From: Patescibacteria group bacterium UBA3531
GTDB lineage: Bacteria; Patescibacteriota; Minisyncoccia; Phycocordibacterales; UBA3531
Assembly: GCA_002376885.1 (NCBI GenBank)
Contig: DFOW01000004.1
Span: 1,018 to 65,017, forward strand
Direction of reading: 5' to 3'
DNA length: 64,000 nucleotides
The translations under genes and the position numbers were made by a program. The notes below the pieces were generated by a model that was not told the DNA's origin, made no database searches, and was given only the letters and a program-made list of their open reading frames with translations. Shown in pieces: positions 17,571 through 26,732 of this stretch (position 1 is the stretch's first letter; every line of letters starts with the position of its first letter).

Positions 17571-18344
17571 CTATTTGACCGGGTCAAGCTCTATCCCTAC
17601 TGGGCAGTGATCACTACCCAAAACATAATCTAGTATAAAAGCGCTTTTGAGATTCTTTTGCACATCAGGGCTCGTAATAAAATAGTCTATTCTCCACCCC
17701 ACGTTGCGGTCTCTGGCACGACTCTTCATATCCCACCAGCTGTAAGCATCACGTCTGTCAGGGTAAAAATGCCGAAAGGTATCAATATAGCCAGCGGCCA
17801 TAAGCTCATCAAACCAGGCGCGTTCTTCTTCCCGGAAGCCTGCCCTGCCTTCGTTTTCTTTTGGGCGGGCCAGGTCAATCTCTTCGTGGGCAACATTTAA
17901 ATCCCCACACATTACCACCTTGTGACCCTTTTTACGGAGTCCTTCCATAAATTCTAAAATCGCATCGTTGTATTCGAGCTTCATAGGAAGACGTTCTTCC
18001 ATACCACTGTTTGGAAAGTAACAGTTTATGAGTACAAAATCTTTAAAATAAGCAACGAGTGTTCGTCCTTCGTCATCAAATTTTTTAACACCAAATCCTT
18101 TTTCTACCCTCTCGGGTTTTATTTTTGTATAAATAGCAACGCCATTAAACCCTTTACGTTTTTTTGTATGGTCAAAATATCCGGTGTAGCCGTCGGGATT
18201 CTTTAATTCATCTACCAAATCCACTTCTTCTGCCTTTGTTTCTTGAAGACACAAAATATCGGGACTGTCGTCATATAACCAATCCAAAAATCCATTTTTG
18301 TGAGTCGCCCGTAACCCATTCACATTCCAAGACAATATTCGCAT
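17571..18344 (-). CDS. xthA: Exodeoxyribonuclease III
   Basis: MRILSWNVNGLRA...QETK N-terminal and GSDHCPV C-terminal motifs. The longer upstream extension in the ORF track is GC-rich and probably not translated. Confidence 0.9.
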   Translation of the reverse strand: MRILSWNVNGLRATHKNGFLDWLYDDSPDILCLQETKAEEVDLVDELKNPDGYTGYFDHTKKRKGFNGVAIYTKIKPERVEKGFGVKKFDDEGRTLVAYFKDFVLINCYFPNSGMEERLPMKLEYNDAILEFMEGLRKKGHKVVMCGDLNVAHEEIDLARPKENEGRAGFREEERAWFDELMAAGYIDTFRHFYPDRRDAYSWWDMKSRARDRNVGWRIDYFITSPDVQKNLKSAFILDYVLGSDHCPVGIELDPVK

Positions 18345-18435
18345 GAACTCGATTATACCAGACAAACTTGCAATAAAGGCCCTAGTTATATAAATTGGAT
18401 ACGGACTGGCAATCATGCCTGAAAGGAGCAGTACC

Positions 18436-18903
18436 GTGCAGGAGCACACCCATTCGTGGTCTGGCACCCAGATCGAAGGTTTCCGGCTGGTTGCCGGAGC
18501 AGAGATCCGAGGTACCGACCGCTACGATTCCTCGACGGGCAAGTGGGAGCCTCCGCCCCCTGCTGTCGGCCGCAACATGGACGACCCCTACGATCGGGGC
18601 CTCACCCTCGAGGAAGGGTGCCCGACCATGTGGATTCGTCCGGAGCTCTCCGACAACACGAAGGAGCTTCTCATGCTCCTCCGAGCGCGGCTTCTCGACA
18701 TCCATGAGAAGAGCATGACGGCTACGCGTCTCCCGATCGGGAGGTGGGAGCAGTATCCCGTCCCCAGCCGAGAGAGCGTGCAGGAGCTTCGTGACTGCGG
18801 GCTCGTCGCCCCCTACCAGGGCAAGACCTACGAGACCGAGTTCACGACGGTTCTCCGCCTGACGGAGCTCGGAAGGGAGACCGCCGAAGGACTCCTCTCC
18901 TGA
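18436..18903 (+). CDS. GC-rich cassette gene: hypothetical protein (GTG start after SD AAGGAG)
   Basis: About 62% GC. Upstream is TTGCAA...TATATA. It is followed by the hairpin terminator ggccccggccgcg...cgcgccggggcc. Confidence 0.45.
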   Translation: MQEHTHSWSGTQIEGFRLVAGAEIRGTDRYDSSTGKWEPPPPAVGRNMDDPYDRGLTLEEGCPTMWIRPELSDNTKELLMLLRARLLDIHEKSMTATRLPIGRWEQYPVPSRESVQELRDCGLVAPYQGKTYETEFTTVLRLTELGRETAEGLLS

Positions 18904-18912
18904 TCAACCAGA

Positions 18913-18953
18913 GGCCCCGGCCGCGTTCACACGCGCCGGGGCCTTTCATTTTT
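18913..18953 (+). terminator. GC-hairpin terminator (copy 1 of a duplicated terminator)
   Basis: ggccccggccgcgttcacacgcgccggggcc followed by tttcatttttg. Confidence 0.6.
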
Positions 18954-19044
18954 GTTGACAATATATTTTTTATATTGTAATTTTTTTTCAGGTGTACACG
19001 CGACGCAGTCGAGAGACACTGTCGCAAAAACACAGGAGCAAATC

Positions 19045-19698
19045 GTGTCTAGAAAAAACCTTGGACTGGACGTTGGACAAGCTCAGGAGCTCAAGCTTGC
19101 CTTCAGGCGTCATGATTGGGACAATGAGCTCATCAAGCGACTTTGCGAATCGAATATCCTGGGCGACGCCCTCGACATCCTTCGTGGAGACGCGCAAGCC
19201 GTTCCGATCGAACGTGTCGTCGACCTTGGAGCGGAGCCTGAGATCAAGGACGGTAGTGTGGTCGTCAAGCACGTGAAGCAGGGGGTGAAGCCTTGGCGCG
19301 ACATTCGTCTCGCCCTCATCGACCCCAGGGATCTGCACTACACCAGACTGGGGATCCCTTACGACCAAGAACCGCCTGATCAGAGGATCATGGAGATCAA
19401 CCCTCGAACCATGAGGCCACACTTCCTGAAGGGACAGCGCCCAGCGAACATCCTCATGAGGGATTTTCTCCTCGAGATCCCTCATCTGATCCCTCACGAC
19501 TGGGTCCCCAGGGCCCCAATCGTGTTCTGGGGGACGGTCTGCAAGAGCGATACCACCTACTGGGTTCCCGGGATCAACCAGGACTTCGGCGGGTGGTACG
19601 CTCACGATTGCCGGGTGGAGATGCCTCGCGATCGCATCATGCTCCGTAACTACGACAACCCCTGCGTCGTCCTGACGTCGGCACCGTCGATTGTCTGA
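19045..19698 (+). CDS. GC-rich cassette gene: hypothetical protein (GTG start after SD CAGGAG)
   Basis: About 60% GC ORF followed by a near-identical copy of the 18913 terminator. Confidence 0.45.
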   Translation: MSRKNLGLDVGQAQELKLAFRRHDWDNELIKRLCESNILGDALDILRGDAQAVPIERVVDLGAEPEIKDGSVVVKHVKQGVKPWRDIRLALIDPRDLHYTRLGIPYDQEPPDQRIMEINPRTMRPHFLKGQRPANILMRDFLLEIPHLIPHDWVPRAPIVFWGTVCKSDTTYWVPGINQDFGGWYAHDCRVEMPRDRIMLRNYDNPCVVLTSAPSIV

Positions 19699-19709
19699 AG
19701 TGTTCTGAT

Positions 19710-19750
19710 GGCCCCGGCCGCGTTCATGCGCGCCGGGGCCTTTCGTTTTA
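19710..19750 (+). terminator. GC-hairpin terminator (copy 2)
   Basis: ggccccggccgcgttcatgcgcgccggggcc followed by tttcgtttt. Confidence 0.6.
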
Positions 19751-19765
19751 CTATTATTCCCCTAG

Positions 19766-19891
19766 CACAACTTTCAAAAGAGCTCTCGGAGCCCGAGCGG
19801 GCCGGTGTCCCGCTTGCAGGACGAGCGAGGGTGAGAGCGAGCAAAAAATCCCCGCTGGGGGATTTTATTGCGTGTCTTTTGAAAGTTTGTG
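19766..19891 (+). repeat. MITE-like GC-rich repeat, copy A (TIRs CACAACTTTCAAAAG ... CTTTTGAAAGTTTGTG)
   Basis: Shares the core AGAGCTCTCGGAGCCCGAGCGGGC...GAGCGAGGGTGAGAGCGAG plus a 3' hairpin/T-run with copies at 34582, 45986 (inverted) and 49193. Confidence 0.65.
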
Positions 19892-19898
19892 CAAAACC

Positions 19899-21212
19899 CT
19901 AGTAACTCAAAAGCCTCTTCGCCTTCTCATGTGTCCTAATCTTCTCATGCGCCTTTGCTTCAATTTGCCTAATTCGCTCTCGGGTCACTCCAAACTCCTG
20001 CCCCACTTCTTCAAGCGTTCTCATTACCCCATCGTTTAATCCATAACGCATTTCAAGAATCTTTCTTTCTTTTGGTGAAAGGTCTCCTAAGATTTCACGA
20101 ATCTGATCTGCCAAAATTCTGCGGGCACTTTCATTATCGGGTGACAAAATTTTATCGTCTGGAATAAATTCTCCCAGTGTTGATTGTTCGTCTCCACTAT
20201 CCCCCACCGGCTTTTCGAGCGAGATGGTTGTTTGATTAATCTTTTCAATCTGATGAACCTTTTCTACTTCAATTCCCATTTCAGTTGCAACTTCCTCAGG
20301 AAGCGGTTCGCGTCCCAAGTCTTGCGACAATCGCCTTACAATTTGCTTATACTTTGCGATGGTTTCAACCATGTGCACGGGAATTCGAATGGTTCGAGAT
20401 TGATCGGCAAGTGCCCGGGTAATACTTTGCCTGATCCACCAGGTTGCATACGTTGAGAACTTAAATCCTTTGGTGTGATCAAACTTCTCTACCGCCTTAA
20501 AGAGCCCCAAATTTCCCTCTTGAATAAGGTCAAGGAGCGTAAGATCGGGACTCCTACCAATGTATTTTTTAGCGATAGAAACCACGAGTCTCAGGTTGGC
20601 TTTAGCGAGCGCTTTTCGTGCTTCATCGTCCCCTTCTAAAATTTGCTTTGCAAGATCTTTTTCATCTTTTGCACTAATCAATTTATATTGACCGATTTCT
20701 TTAAGGTACATTTGCACAGAGTCAAGAGATGGATCACCTTGTGGCAAATTCTTTAGAATATCATCTTTGTCATCGCCATCAGTATCGAGATTAATAAATC
20801 CACCCGATTCTAAAACATCAATTTGTGCTTCGCTAAATCGTTCATAAAGTTCCTCTAAAAAGAGGATATTATTCTCTACATCTGGGAATTCTTTTAAGAG
20901 CTCACTGTAAGTAACAAATCCTCTTTTTTTACCACGCCTAATAAGAGCGTCTGCTTTTGACTCAAGATCCTCCTTCTTTTTTGAAACACGTCTTGTTGCT
21001 TTTTTTGTGGTTTTTTTGGCAACCTTTTTCTTAGCTACTTTTTTGGTTTTTGTAGCTTTTTTTGTTGTTTTTTTAGCTACTTTCTTTTTTGAAACTTTTT
21101 TTAATGCCTTTTTTTTACTTGCCCGTCCGGTCGCCGGGCTTGTTTTTTTAGCCACCTTTTTTCGGGTGGTTTTTTTAGCCTTCTTTTTAGTTGTCTTCTT
21201 TTTTGCTGGCAT
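19899..21212 (-). CDS. rpoD: RNA polymerase sigma-70 factor RpoD with an N-terminal lysine/alanine-rich (histone H1-like) tail
   Basis: Regions 1.2-4 are conserved. The first ~75 aa are KKTT/AKK repeats. Confidence 0.9.
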   Translation of the reverse strand: MPAKKKTTKKKAKKTTRKKVAKKTSPATGRASKKKALKKVSKKKVAKKTTKKATKTKKVAKKKVAKKTTKKATRRVSKKKEDLESKADALIRRGKKRGFVTYSELLKEFPDVENNILFLEELYERFSEAQIDVLESGGFINLDTDGDDKDDILKNLPQGDPSLDSVQMYLKEIGQYKLISAKDEKDLAKQILEGDDEARKALAKANLRLVVSIAKKYIGRSPDLTLLDLIQEGNLGLFKAVEKFDHTKGFKFSTYATWWIRQSITRALADQSRTIRIPVHMVETIAKYKQIVRRLSQDLGREPLPEEVATEMGIEVEKVHQIEKINQTTISLEKPVGDSGDEQSTLGEFIPDDKILSPDNESARRILADQIREILGDLSPKERKILEMRYGLNDGVMRTLEEVGQEFGVTRERIRQIEAKAHEKIRTHEKAKRLLSY

Positions 21213-21255
21213 CCTAATAAAAATTCTTAATTAATAACGTTTTGTGACACGTGTT

Positions 21256-21280
21256 CGTCCCGTGGAATTTTAACAGGACA
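21256..21280 (-). promoter_or_regulatory. Conserved 25-bp palindromic motif about 44 nt upstream of rpoD (between dnaG and rpoD)
   Basis: tcgtcccgtggaattttaacaggaca, plus the conserved leader ATTAAGAATTTTTATTAGG-ATG in gene orientation. Confidence 0.55.
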
Positions 21281-21285
21281 AGTTC

Positions 21286-22989
21286 TTATTGATTTTTTAA
21301 TTTATCTAATTCTTGTTGAATTTTAAAATGTTCTTTTTGATACTCTTCTGCTTTTTTAAGATCTTGCGTGTGCTCTGCCTCTTTTAACTTTTTGAAGAGT
21401 TCTGTACTTTTGTCGCGAAGCACTTCTGCTTTATAACTGTCGAAGAGTTCGTGTATTTGATCGATGATTCTATCCGAGTCTTTATACCATAACTCGGCCT
21501 TAAATTCTAGTTCTGTTTGCTTATTTTTATCGAGTTTTTGTATTCGTTTTTTGAGTTCATCTTCACCAACTGTTTCGCGTACTTCTCGCGCAACCTCATC
21601 TACTGAAATCTTTTCTTTCATCGACCATAAATACAAACCAATGATTTCTTCAATTATTCTTTCTTTTCTTTCTTTTACTATTGTTTGTTCTTCTTTTTGT
21701 TTTTGATGTACGGATTCTTTCGGGGTCTCCTTATCTACCTTCTCAAGTTCTTCTCTTAATGCCTTCTCAGGGATATCTGCTTTTTGCGACACAAGAGTTA
21801 CAAAATGAGCCTGATCAATCTTATTTTCTATACGGGATAAAAGCGGTACAAGAACCGTGTTAACGGCCTGTTTTAAGGCGCGAGATTCTTTTTGCGTCTC
21901 TATTAAGCGCTCCATTATGTATTCAACAATGTGCTTTGCGCCCTTTACGCCATAGAGCCACTTTGTTTTGTCTTCTAAAATAAGATCTGCTGGATCTTTT
22001 TTATCAATAAGAACAACTTTCACATTGAGCCCTGTGGCAAGTGCCATCTCTCCCCCGCGAAGGAGTGCTCGCTTGCCAGCACCGTCTGAATCAAACGCAA
22101 ACACAATGGTACCCGCTAAACGCTTAATAATGTTTAAGTGGTCGGCTGTAAGAGCAGTCCCCGAGACAGCAACCGTATTGGTAATGCCTGCCTGGTGAGA
22201 CATAATGACATCCATTTGCCCCTCAACAAAAATACACTCATTCTTTTTTCTGATTGCTTCTTTTGCTAAATGATAGGGATACAAGATGCGAGACTTGTCG
22301 TAAAGAAGTGTTTGAGGGGTGTTTATATACTTACCGCCCTTCTCATCATTGCCATAAATACGCCCCGAAAACCCAACCACGCGCCCCATGTGATCAGACA
22401 AAGGAAACATTACCCTGTTCCTAAAACGATCGTAGTGGCTATTGTGTTTATCTCCAGGAATAATCATTCCCGCCTTTTCTATCAAGTCTCGTCCGTAACC
22501 CTTCTTTTCTAAGTGTGTAAGCAACGACCTCCATTCATCGGGAACATAGCCAATCTTAAAGTCCTTAATTGTTTGCTCGGTGAGTCCTCTTTTTTTTAAG
22601 TAAGAAACAACCTCTTTATTGAGCTCTAGATTTTCTTTGTAAAACTCTGTTGCTTCTTCTAAAAGTTTAAAGAGTCTCTCTTTTTCTCCTTGAGTTTTTG
22701 GATCAACTTTTTCAATCTCAACCCCCGCTCTGTCTGCCAAGATTTTAAGTGCTTCTCTGAACTCAACCCCTTCAATTTCTTCAATAAAGCTAAAGATGTC
22801 TCCCCCGCGGTTACATCCAAAACAATGGTATGAATCACGCCCAGGAGATACAAAAAATGAAGGAGTCTTTTCGTTATGGAAGGGGCACGGCGCCTTAAAA
22901 TTACCTCCAGCTTTCTCGAGTTTTAAATACGAACTCACCACGTCAACGATACCAAGGCGAGATTTAATTTTCTCTACCGTGCCGCTCAT
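21286..22989 (-). CDS. dnaG: DNA primase
   Basis: CPFHNEKTPSF...CFGC zinc-binding domain and a TOPRIM core. Confidence 0.95.
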   Translation of the reverse strand: MSGTVEKIKSRLGIVDVVSSYLKLEKAGGNFKAPCPFHNEKTPSFFVSPGRDSYHCFGCNRGGDIFSFIEEIEGVEFREALKILADRAGVEIEKVDPKTQGEKERLFKLLEEATEFYKENLELNKEVVSYLKKRGLTEQTIKDFKIGYVPDEWRSLLTHLEKKGYGRDLIEKAGMIIPGDKHNSHYDRFRNRVMFPLSDHMGRVVGFSGRIYGNDEKGGKYINTPQTLLYDKSRILYPYHLAKEAIRKKNECIFVEGQMDVIMSHQAGITNTVAVSGTALTADHLNIIKRLAGTIVFAFDSDGAGKRALLRGGEMALATGLNVKVVLIDKKDPADLILEDKTKWLYGVKGAKHIVEYIMERLIETQKESRALKQAVNTVLVPLLSRIENKIDQAHFVTLVSQKADIPEKALREELEKVDKETPKESVHQKQKEEQTIVKERKERIIEEIIGLYLWSMKEKISVDEVAREVRETVGEDELKKRIQKLDKNKQTELEFKAELWYKDSDRIIDQIHELFDSYKAEVLRDKSTELFKKLKEAEHTQDLKKAEEYQKEHFKIQQELDKLKNQ

Positions 22990-23013
22990 TCGAGTAGAAT
23001 ACTATTATTTTAT

Positions 23014-26000
23014 TTAGTTGTCCTCTCCTTCGTTTTCTTCTTCTGGCTCTGGGGCAACTTCATCGATAATGTCACCAAAGTGACCTTGAGAGAGTCCTGT
23101 TCCTGCTGGAATAAGGCGTCCAATGATTACGTTTTCTTTCAGTCCTCGTAAGTTGTCAGTCTTTCCGTTTACTGCTGCGTCAATCAAAACCTTTGTAGTG
23201 TTTTGGAATGAAGATGCTGAAAGGAAGCTTCCTGATGAAAGCGCAACTTCTGAGATTCCAAGAAGTACGGTGTCTGCAACTGCTTGCTCTCCTCCGTCTT
23301 CTTTAACACGTGCGTTCTCGATCTCTACGTCTTCGGTTTCTACAACTTCTCCTGCTACAAATCGAGTGTCTCCTGCTTTTTTAATCTTCTTTCGTGAAAG
23401 CATTTTTCGCATAATCACTTCAATGTGTTTACGTGAGATACTTGCTCCTTGTGTTTCGTAGAGTCTACTTGCTTCGCGCAAAATATAATCTTGCGTCTTT
23501 TCTGCACCTGCATATTTGAAGAGTTCTTGTAAGTGTGCTGATCCGTCAGTCAAAAGGTCTCCACGGTCTACATGGTCTCCCTTTTTAACAACCGGTGTTC
23601 GCACTGGTGGAACTTCAAATTCAAGTGACTTTTCTTTCTTGCCTTTCATTTCTCCTTCATCTGCTAGAATTGTAATGATCTTTGATTTACCGTCTGATTT
23701 AACTTCGGCAACGGTTCCTGCAATGGTAGTAATAATAGCCGCATTCTTTGGCTCTCTTCGTTCAAAGATTTCTTCAACTCGTGGAAGTCCAGTGGTGATG
23801 TCTCCTCCAGCTGACGCGATTCCTCCTGCATGGAAGGTACGCATAGTAAGCTGAGTTCCTGGTTCACCAATCGCTTGAGCTGCAATAACTCCCACTGCTT
23901 CTCCAATCTCAACTGGTTTATTTCGTCCAAGGTCGAGTCCGTAACATTTTTGACACACGCCTCGAGTTAATTTACAGGTAAGTGGTGAAAATACTGACAC
24001 ACTTGGAATCGCATCTTCTTCAATAAGGTCTGCATCTCGTTTTGAAAGAAGATGACCTTTTTTAAAGAGAACTTTGTTTCCTTGTTTAATGTCTTTTGAA
24101 ACAATCTTTCCGTCAATATCGGCACTGATTCCTTTAGTAAATCCTGACCCTTGCGGAATAAAGTATTCTCGTCCGTCTTTGTCGCCACAATCATCTGCAG
24201 TAATAATGATGTCTTGAGCAACATCAACCATTTTTCGGGTAAGGTATCCGGCACGTGCAGTGTTAAGTGCGGTGTCGGCAAGTCCCTTTCGTGCTCCGTG
24301 AGTAGTAATAAAGTACTCAAGAGGAGAAAGTCCTTCTTTGTATGATGGGATAATTGGGAAGTCGATGGTTCTACTCTTCACGTCTGCAATGAGCCCCTTC
24401 ATTCCTGACATTTGCGAAAGCTGACTAATAGAGCTTCGTGCCTTAGATGTTAAGAGATCGTATACAGAACCGTTCTTATTGAGTTTCCCTGGAATTGCTT
24501 CCTCGATTTGATTCTTTGCGTCTTGCCATGCAGCAATAACCATTCGGTATCGTTCTTCTTCAGAAAGAAGTCCTTTTTCGTAATTTCCTTCGATGGTTTC
24601 TACTTTTGTTCGAGCTTCGTCGATAATGACTTTCTTTTCTTCTTCAATGTCTGGAAGGTCTTCAATACCCCAGGTTGTTCCTGAATTGGTTGCATATTTG
24701 AATCCAAAATCTTTCAGCTTGTCTAAAATATCTGCAATGTTTTCAACTCCGTATTCTAAGATAAGGTCTTCAACAATAGTGTTAATTTCCTTAAGTGTTA
24801 CTTCGTGATTAATGAATGGGAAATCTTTTGGAAGAATACTGTTAAAGAGGATTCGTCCTACTGATGTTTCAAACACTTTCCCCTCAAACTGTTTGTACTT
24901 TGGATTATCAGTTCCGAGAACTTTTACTTTTGATCGGAAACTAATTCGTCCAAATTCATATGCGGTAATAGCTGCGTTTGGTGAAGAAAATGCTTCTCCC
25001 TCTCCCTTTTCGCCATCAACGGTCTTAGTCATCCAAAAGATTCCAAGAACCATGTCCATTCGAGGACCAACGATAGGGTCTCCGTTTCCTGGCTTTAGAA
25101 GGTTTTTATTTGCAGACATGAGGTTGCGAGCCTCGGCTTGCGCCTCTTCAGAGAGAGGAACGTGCACCGCCATTTGGTCACCGTCGAAGTCTGCGTTAAA
25201 TGCAGTACATACAAGTGGGTGGATTTGAATAGCGTTTCCTTCAATCAAGATTGGTTGGAACGCTTGAATACCAAGTCTGTGGAGCGTCGGCGCTCGGTTT
25301 AAGAGCACATACTTTCCTTTAATCACCTCTTCCAAGATTGCCCATACTTCTGGGATCCCTTCGTCAATTAGTCGGTTTGCGCCACGAATGTTAAAGGCCA
25401 ACTCTTGTTCAAGAAGTTTTGAAATAACAAATGGTCGGAACAATTCGAGTGCCATGTGTTTTGGAAGCCCACATTGATCAAGTTTTAAGTGAGGACCAAC
25501 CACAATCACACTTCGTCCAGAATAATCTACTCGTTTACCAAGAAGGTTTTGCCTAAAGCGTCCTTGTTTACCTTTAAGCATGTCTGCCATTGATTTAAGT
25601 GGACGACGCTGTGCTTGGCTCATTGCTTCTGTTCCCCCCTTACGCAAAGAGTTATCAATCAAGGCATCAACTGCTTCTTGCAAGATTCGTTTTTCGTTAC
25701 GCAAAATAACATCAGGAGCGTTTAAGTCCTTAAGTTTCTTAAGCCTGTTGTTTCGGTTGATAACTCGCCTGTACAAGTCGTTAATGTCACTGGTTGCGTG
25801 TCGTCCACCATCAAGTGCCACCATTGGTCGCAAGGCTGGCGGAAGAACCGGAATAGTAGTTAAACACATCCATTCAGGCCGTACACCTGCTCTCCTCATT
25901 GATTTGATAAGGTTAAGTCGTTTTTGTACCCGTGGTCGTTCGGTTGCTCCTGCAGTTTCAAAGTGAGCTTCTGTATCTTTTAGAAGCTTATCAAGATCGA

Positions 26001-26727
26001 TATTTTTTAGAATATTGTAAATTGCTTCTGCTCCGATCTCTGCCTCAAAAAGTGTTCCGAACTTAAGCGAATACCGTTGGTACGTTGCCTCATCAAGAAC
26101 AATTCCCTCTTTAATTTCATTTAATTCTTTTTTAACCGCCTGGAATTGCTCTTTTGCATTTTCTTTATCTTTTGCAACCTTAATAGACTTGAGCGCATTT
26201 TTATATTCACGATCAAGTTCTTTTAAGATAGTTTGTCGTTCGTTTTCATCTACTTTGGTAACAATGTACCCAGCAAAGTAGACAACTCGTTCAAGATCCC
26301 CTACTGAAAGCCCCAGCAAGGTTCCCATCTTTGAAGGGATTCCTCGCAAAAACCAAATGTGCGTTACCGGGCTTGCCAAATCAATATGACCCATTCGCTC
26401 TCGACGAACAATGCTTCGTGTTACCTCAACACCACACTTTTCACACACAATGTTTTTGTAGCGGATTCGTCTGTATTTACCACAGTAACATTCATAGTCT
26501 TTTTCAGGACCAAAGATTCGTTCATCAAAAAGTCCTCCTCGTTCACTTCGTTGTGTTCGGTAGTTAATAGTTTCAGGTCGAGTAACCTCTCCATATGACC
26601 AGTCATGAATCTTTTCAGGAGACGCAACCTTTACACCAATTGCTTCAAAATCGGTAATGTCGCGCGCCTTCATTGGTCGTACTTTTTGTGGTGTCTCTTC
26701 AACACCTTCTGTTTTAGTTCGTGGCAT
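23014..26727 (-). CDS. rpoC: DNA-directed RNA polymerase subunit beta'
   Basis: NADFDGD catalytic motif, a Zn finger near the N-terminus, and a 1237-aa length. Confidence 0.97.
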   Translation of the reverse strand: MPRTKTEGVEETPQKVRPMKARDITDFEAIGVKVASPEKIHDWSYGEVTRPETINYRTQRSERGGLFDERIFGPEKDYECYCGKYRRIRYKNIVCEKCGVEVTRSIVRRERMGHIDLASPVTHIWFLRGIPSKMGTLLGLSVGDLERVVYFAGYIVTKVDENERQTILKELDREYKNALKSIKVAKDKENAKEQFQAVKKELNEIKEGIVLDEATYQRYSLKFGTLFEAEIGAEAIYNILKNIDLDKLLKDTEAHFETAGATERPRVQKRLNLIKSMRRAGVRPEWMCLTTIPVLPPALRPMVALDGGRHATSDINDLYRRVINRNNRLKKLKDLNAPDVILRNEKRILQEAVDALIDNSLRKGGTEAMSQAQRRPLKSMADMLKGKQGRFRQNLLGKRVDYSGRSVIVVGPHLKLDQCGLPKHMALELFRPFVISKLLEQELAFNIRGANRLIDEGIPEVWAILEEVIKGKYVLLNRAPTLHRLGIQAFQPILIEGNAIQIHPLVCTAFNADFDGDQMAVHVPLSEEAQAEARNLMSANKNLLKPGNGDPIVGPRMDMVLGIFWMTKTVDGEKGEGEAFSSPNAAITAYEFGRISFRSKVKVLGTDNPKYKQFEGKVFETSVGRILFNSILPKDFPFINHEVTLKEINTIVEDLILEYGVENIADILDKLKDFGFKYATNSGTTWGIEDLPDIEEEKKVIIDEARTKVETIEGNYEKGLLSEEERYRMVIAAWQDAKNQIEEAIPGKLNKNGSVYDLLTSKARSSISQLSQMSGMKGLIADVKSRTIDFPIIPSYKEGLSPLEYFITTHGARKGLADTALNTARAGYLTRKMVDVAQDIIITADDCGDKDGREYFIPQGSGFTKGISADIDGKIVSKDIKQGNKVLFKKGHLLSKRDADLIEEDAIPSVSVFSPLTCKLTRGVCQKCYGLDLGRNKPVEIGEAVGVIAAQAIGEPGTQLTMRTFHAGGIASAGGDITTGLPRVEEIFERREPKNAAIITTIAGTVAEVKSDGKSKIITILADEGEMKGKKEKSLEFEVPPVRTPVVKKGDHVDRGDLLTDGSAHLQELFKYAGAEKTQDYILREASRLYETQGASISRKHIEVIMRKMLSRKKIKKAGDTRFVAGEVVETEDVEIENARVKEDGGEQAVADTVLLGISEVALSSGSFLSASSFQNTTKVLIDAAVNGKTDNLRGLKENVIIGRLIPAGTGLSQGHFGDIIDEVAPEPEEENEGEDN

Positions 26728-26732
26728 AGTGA

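Noticed and set aside
18382-18718. Overlapping 83-107-aa ORFs in several frames at the xthA 5' end
   Set aside because: GC-rich region artefacts. The xthA start was placed at the conserved MRILSWNVNG and the cassette gene at the GTG 18436 with an SD.
18988-19605. 205-aa minus-strand ORF inside the GC-rich cassette
   Set aside because: It is antisense to a plus-strand ORF that has an SD, a GTG start and a downstream plus-oriented terminator. Long spurious antisense ORFs are expected in about 60% GC DNA.
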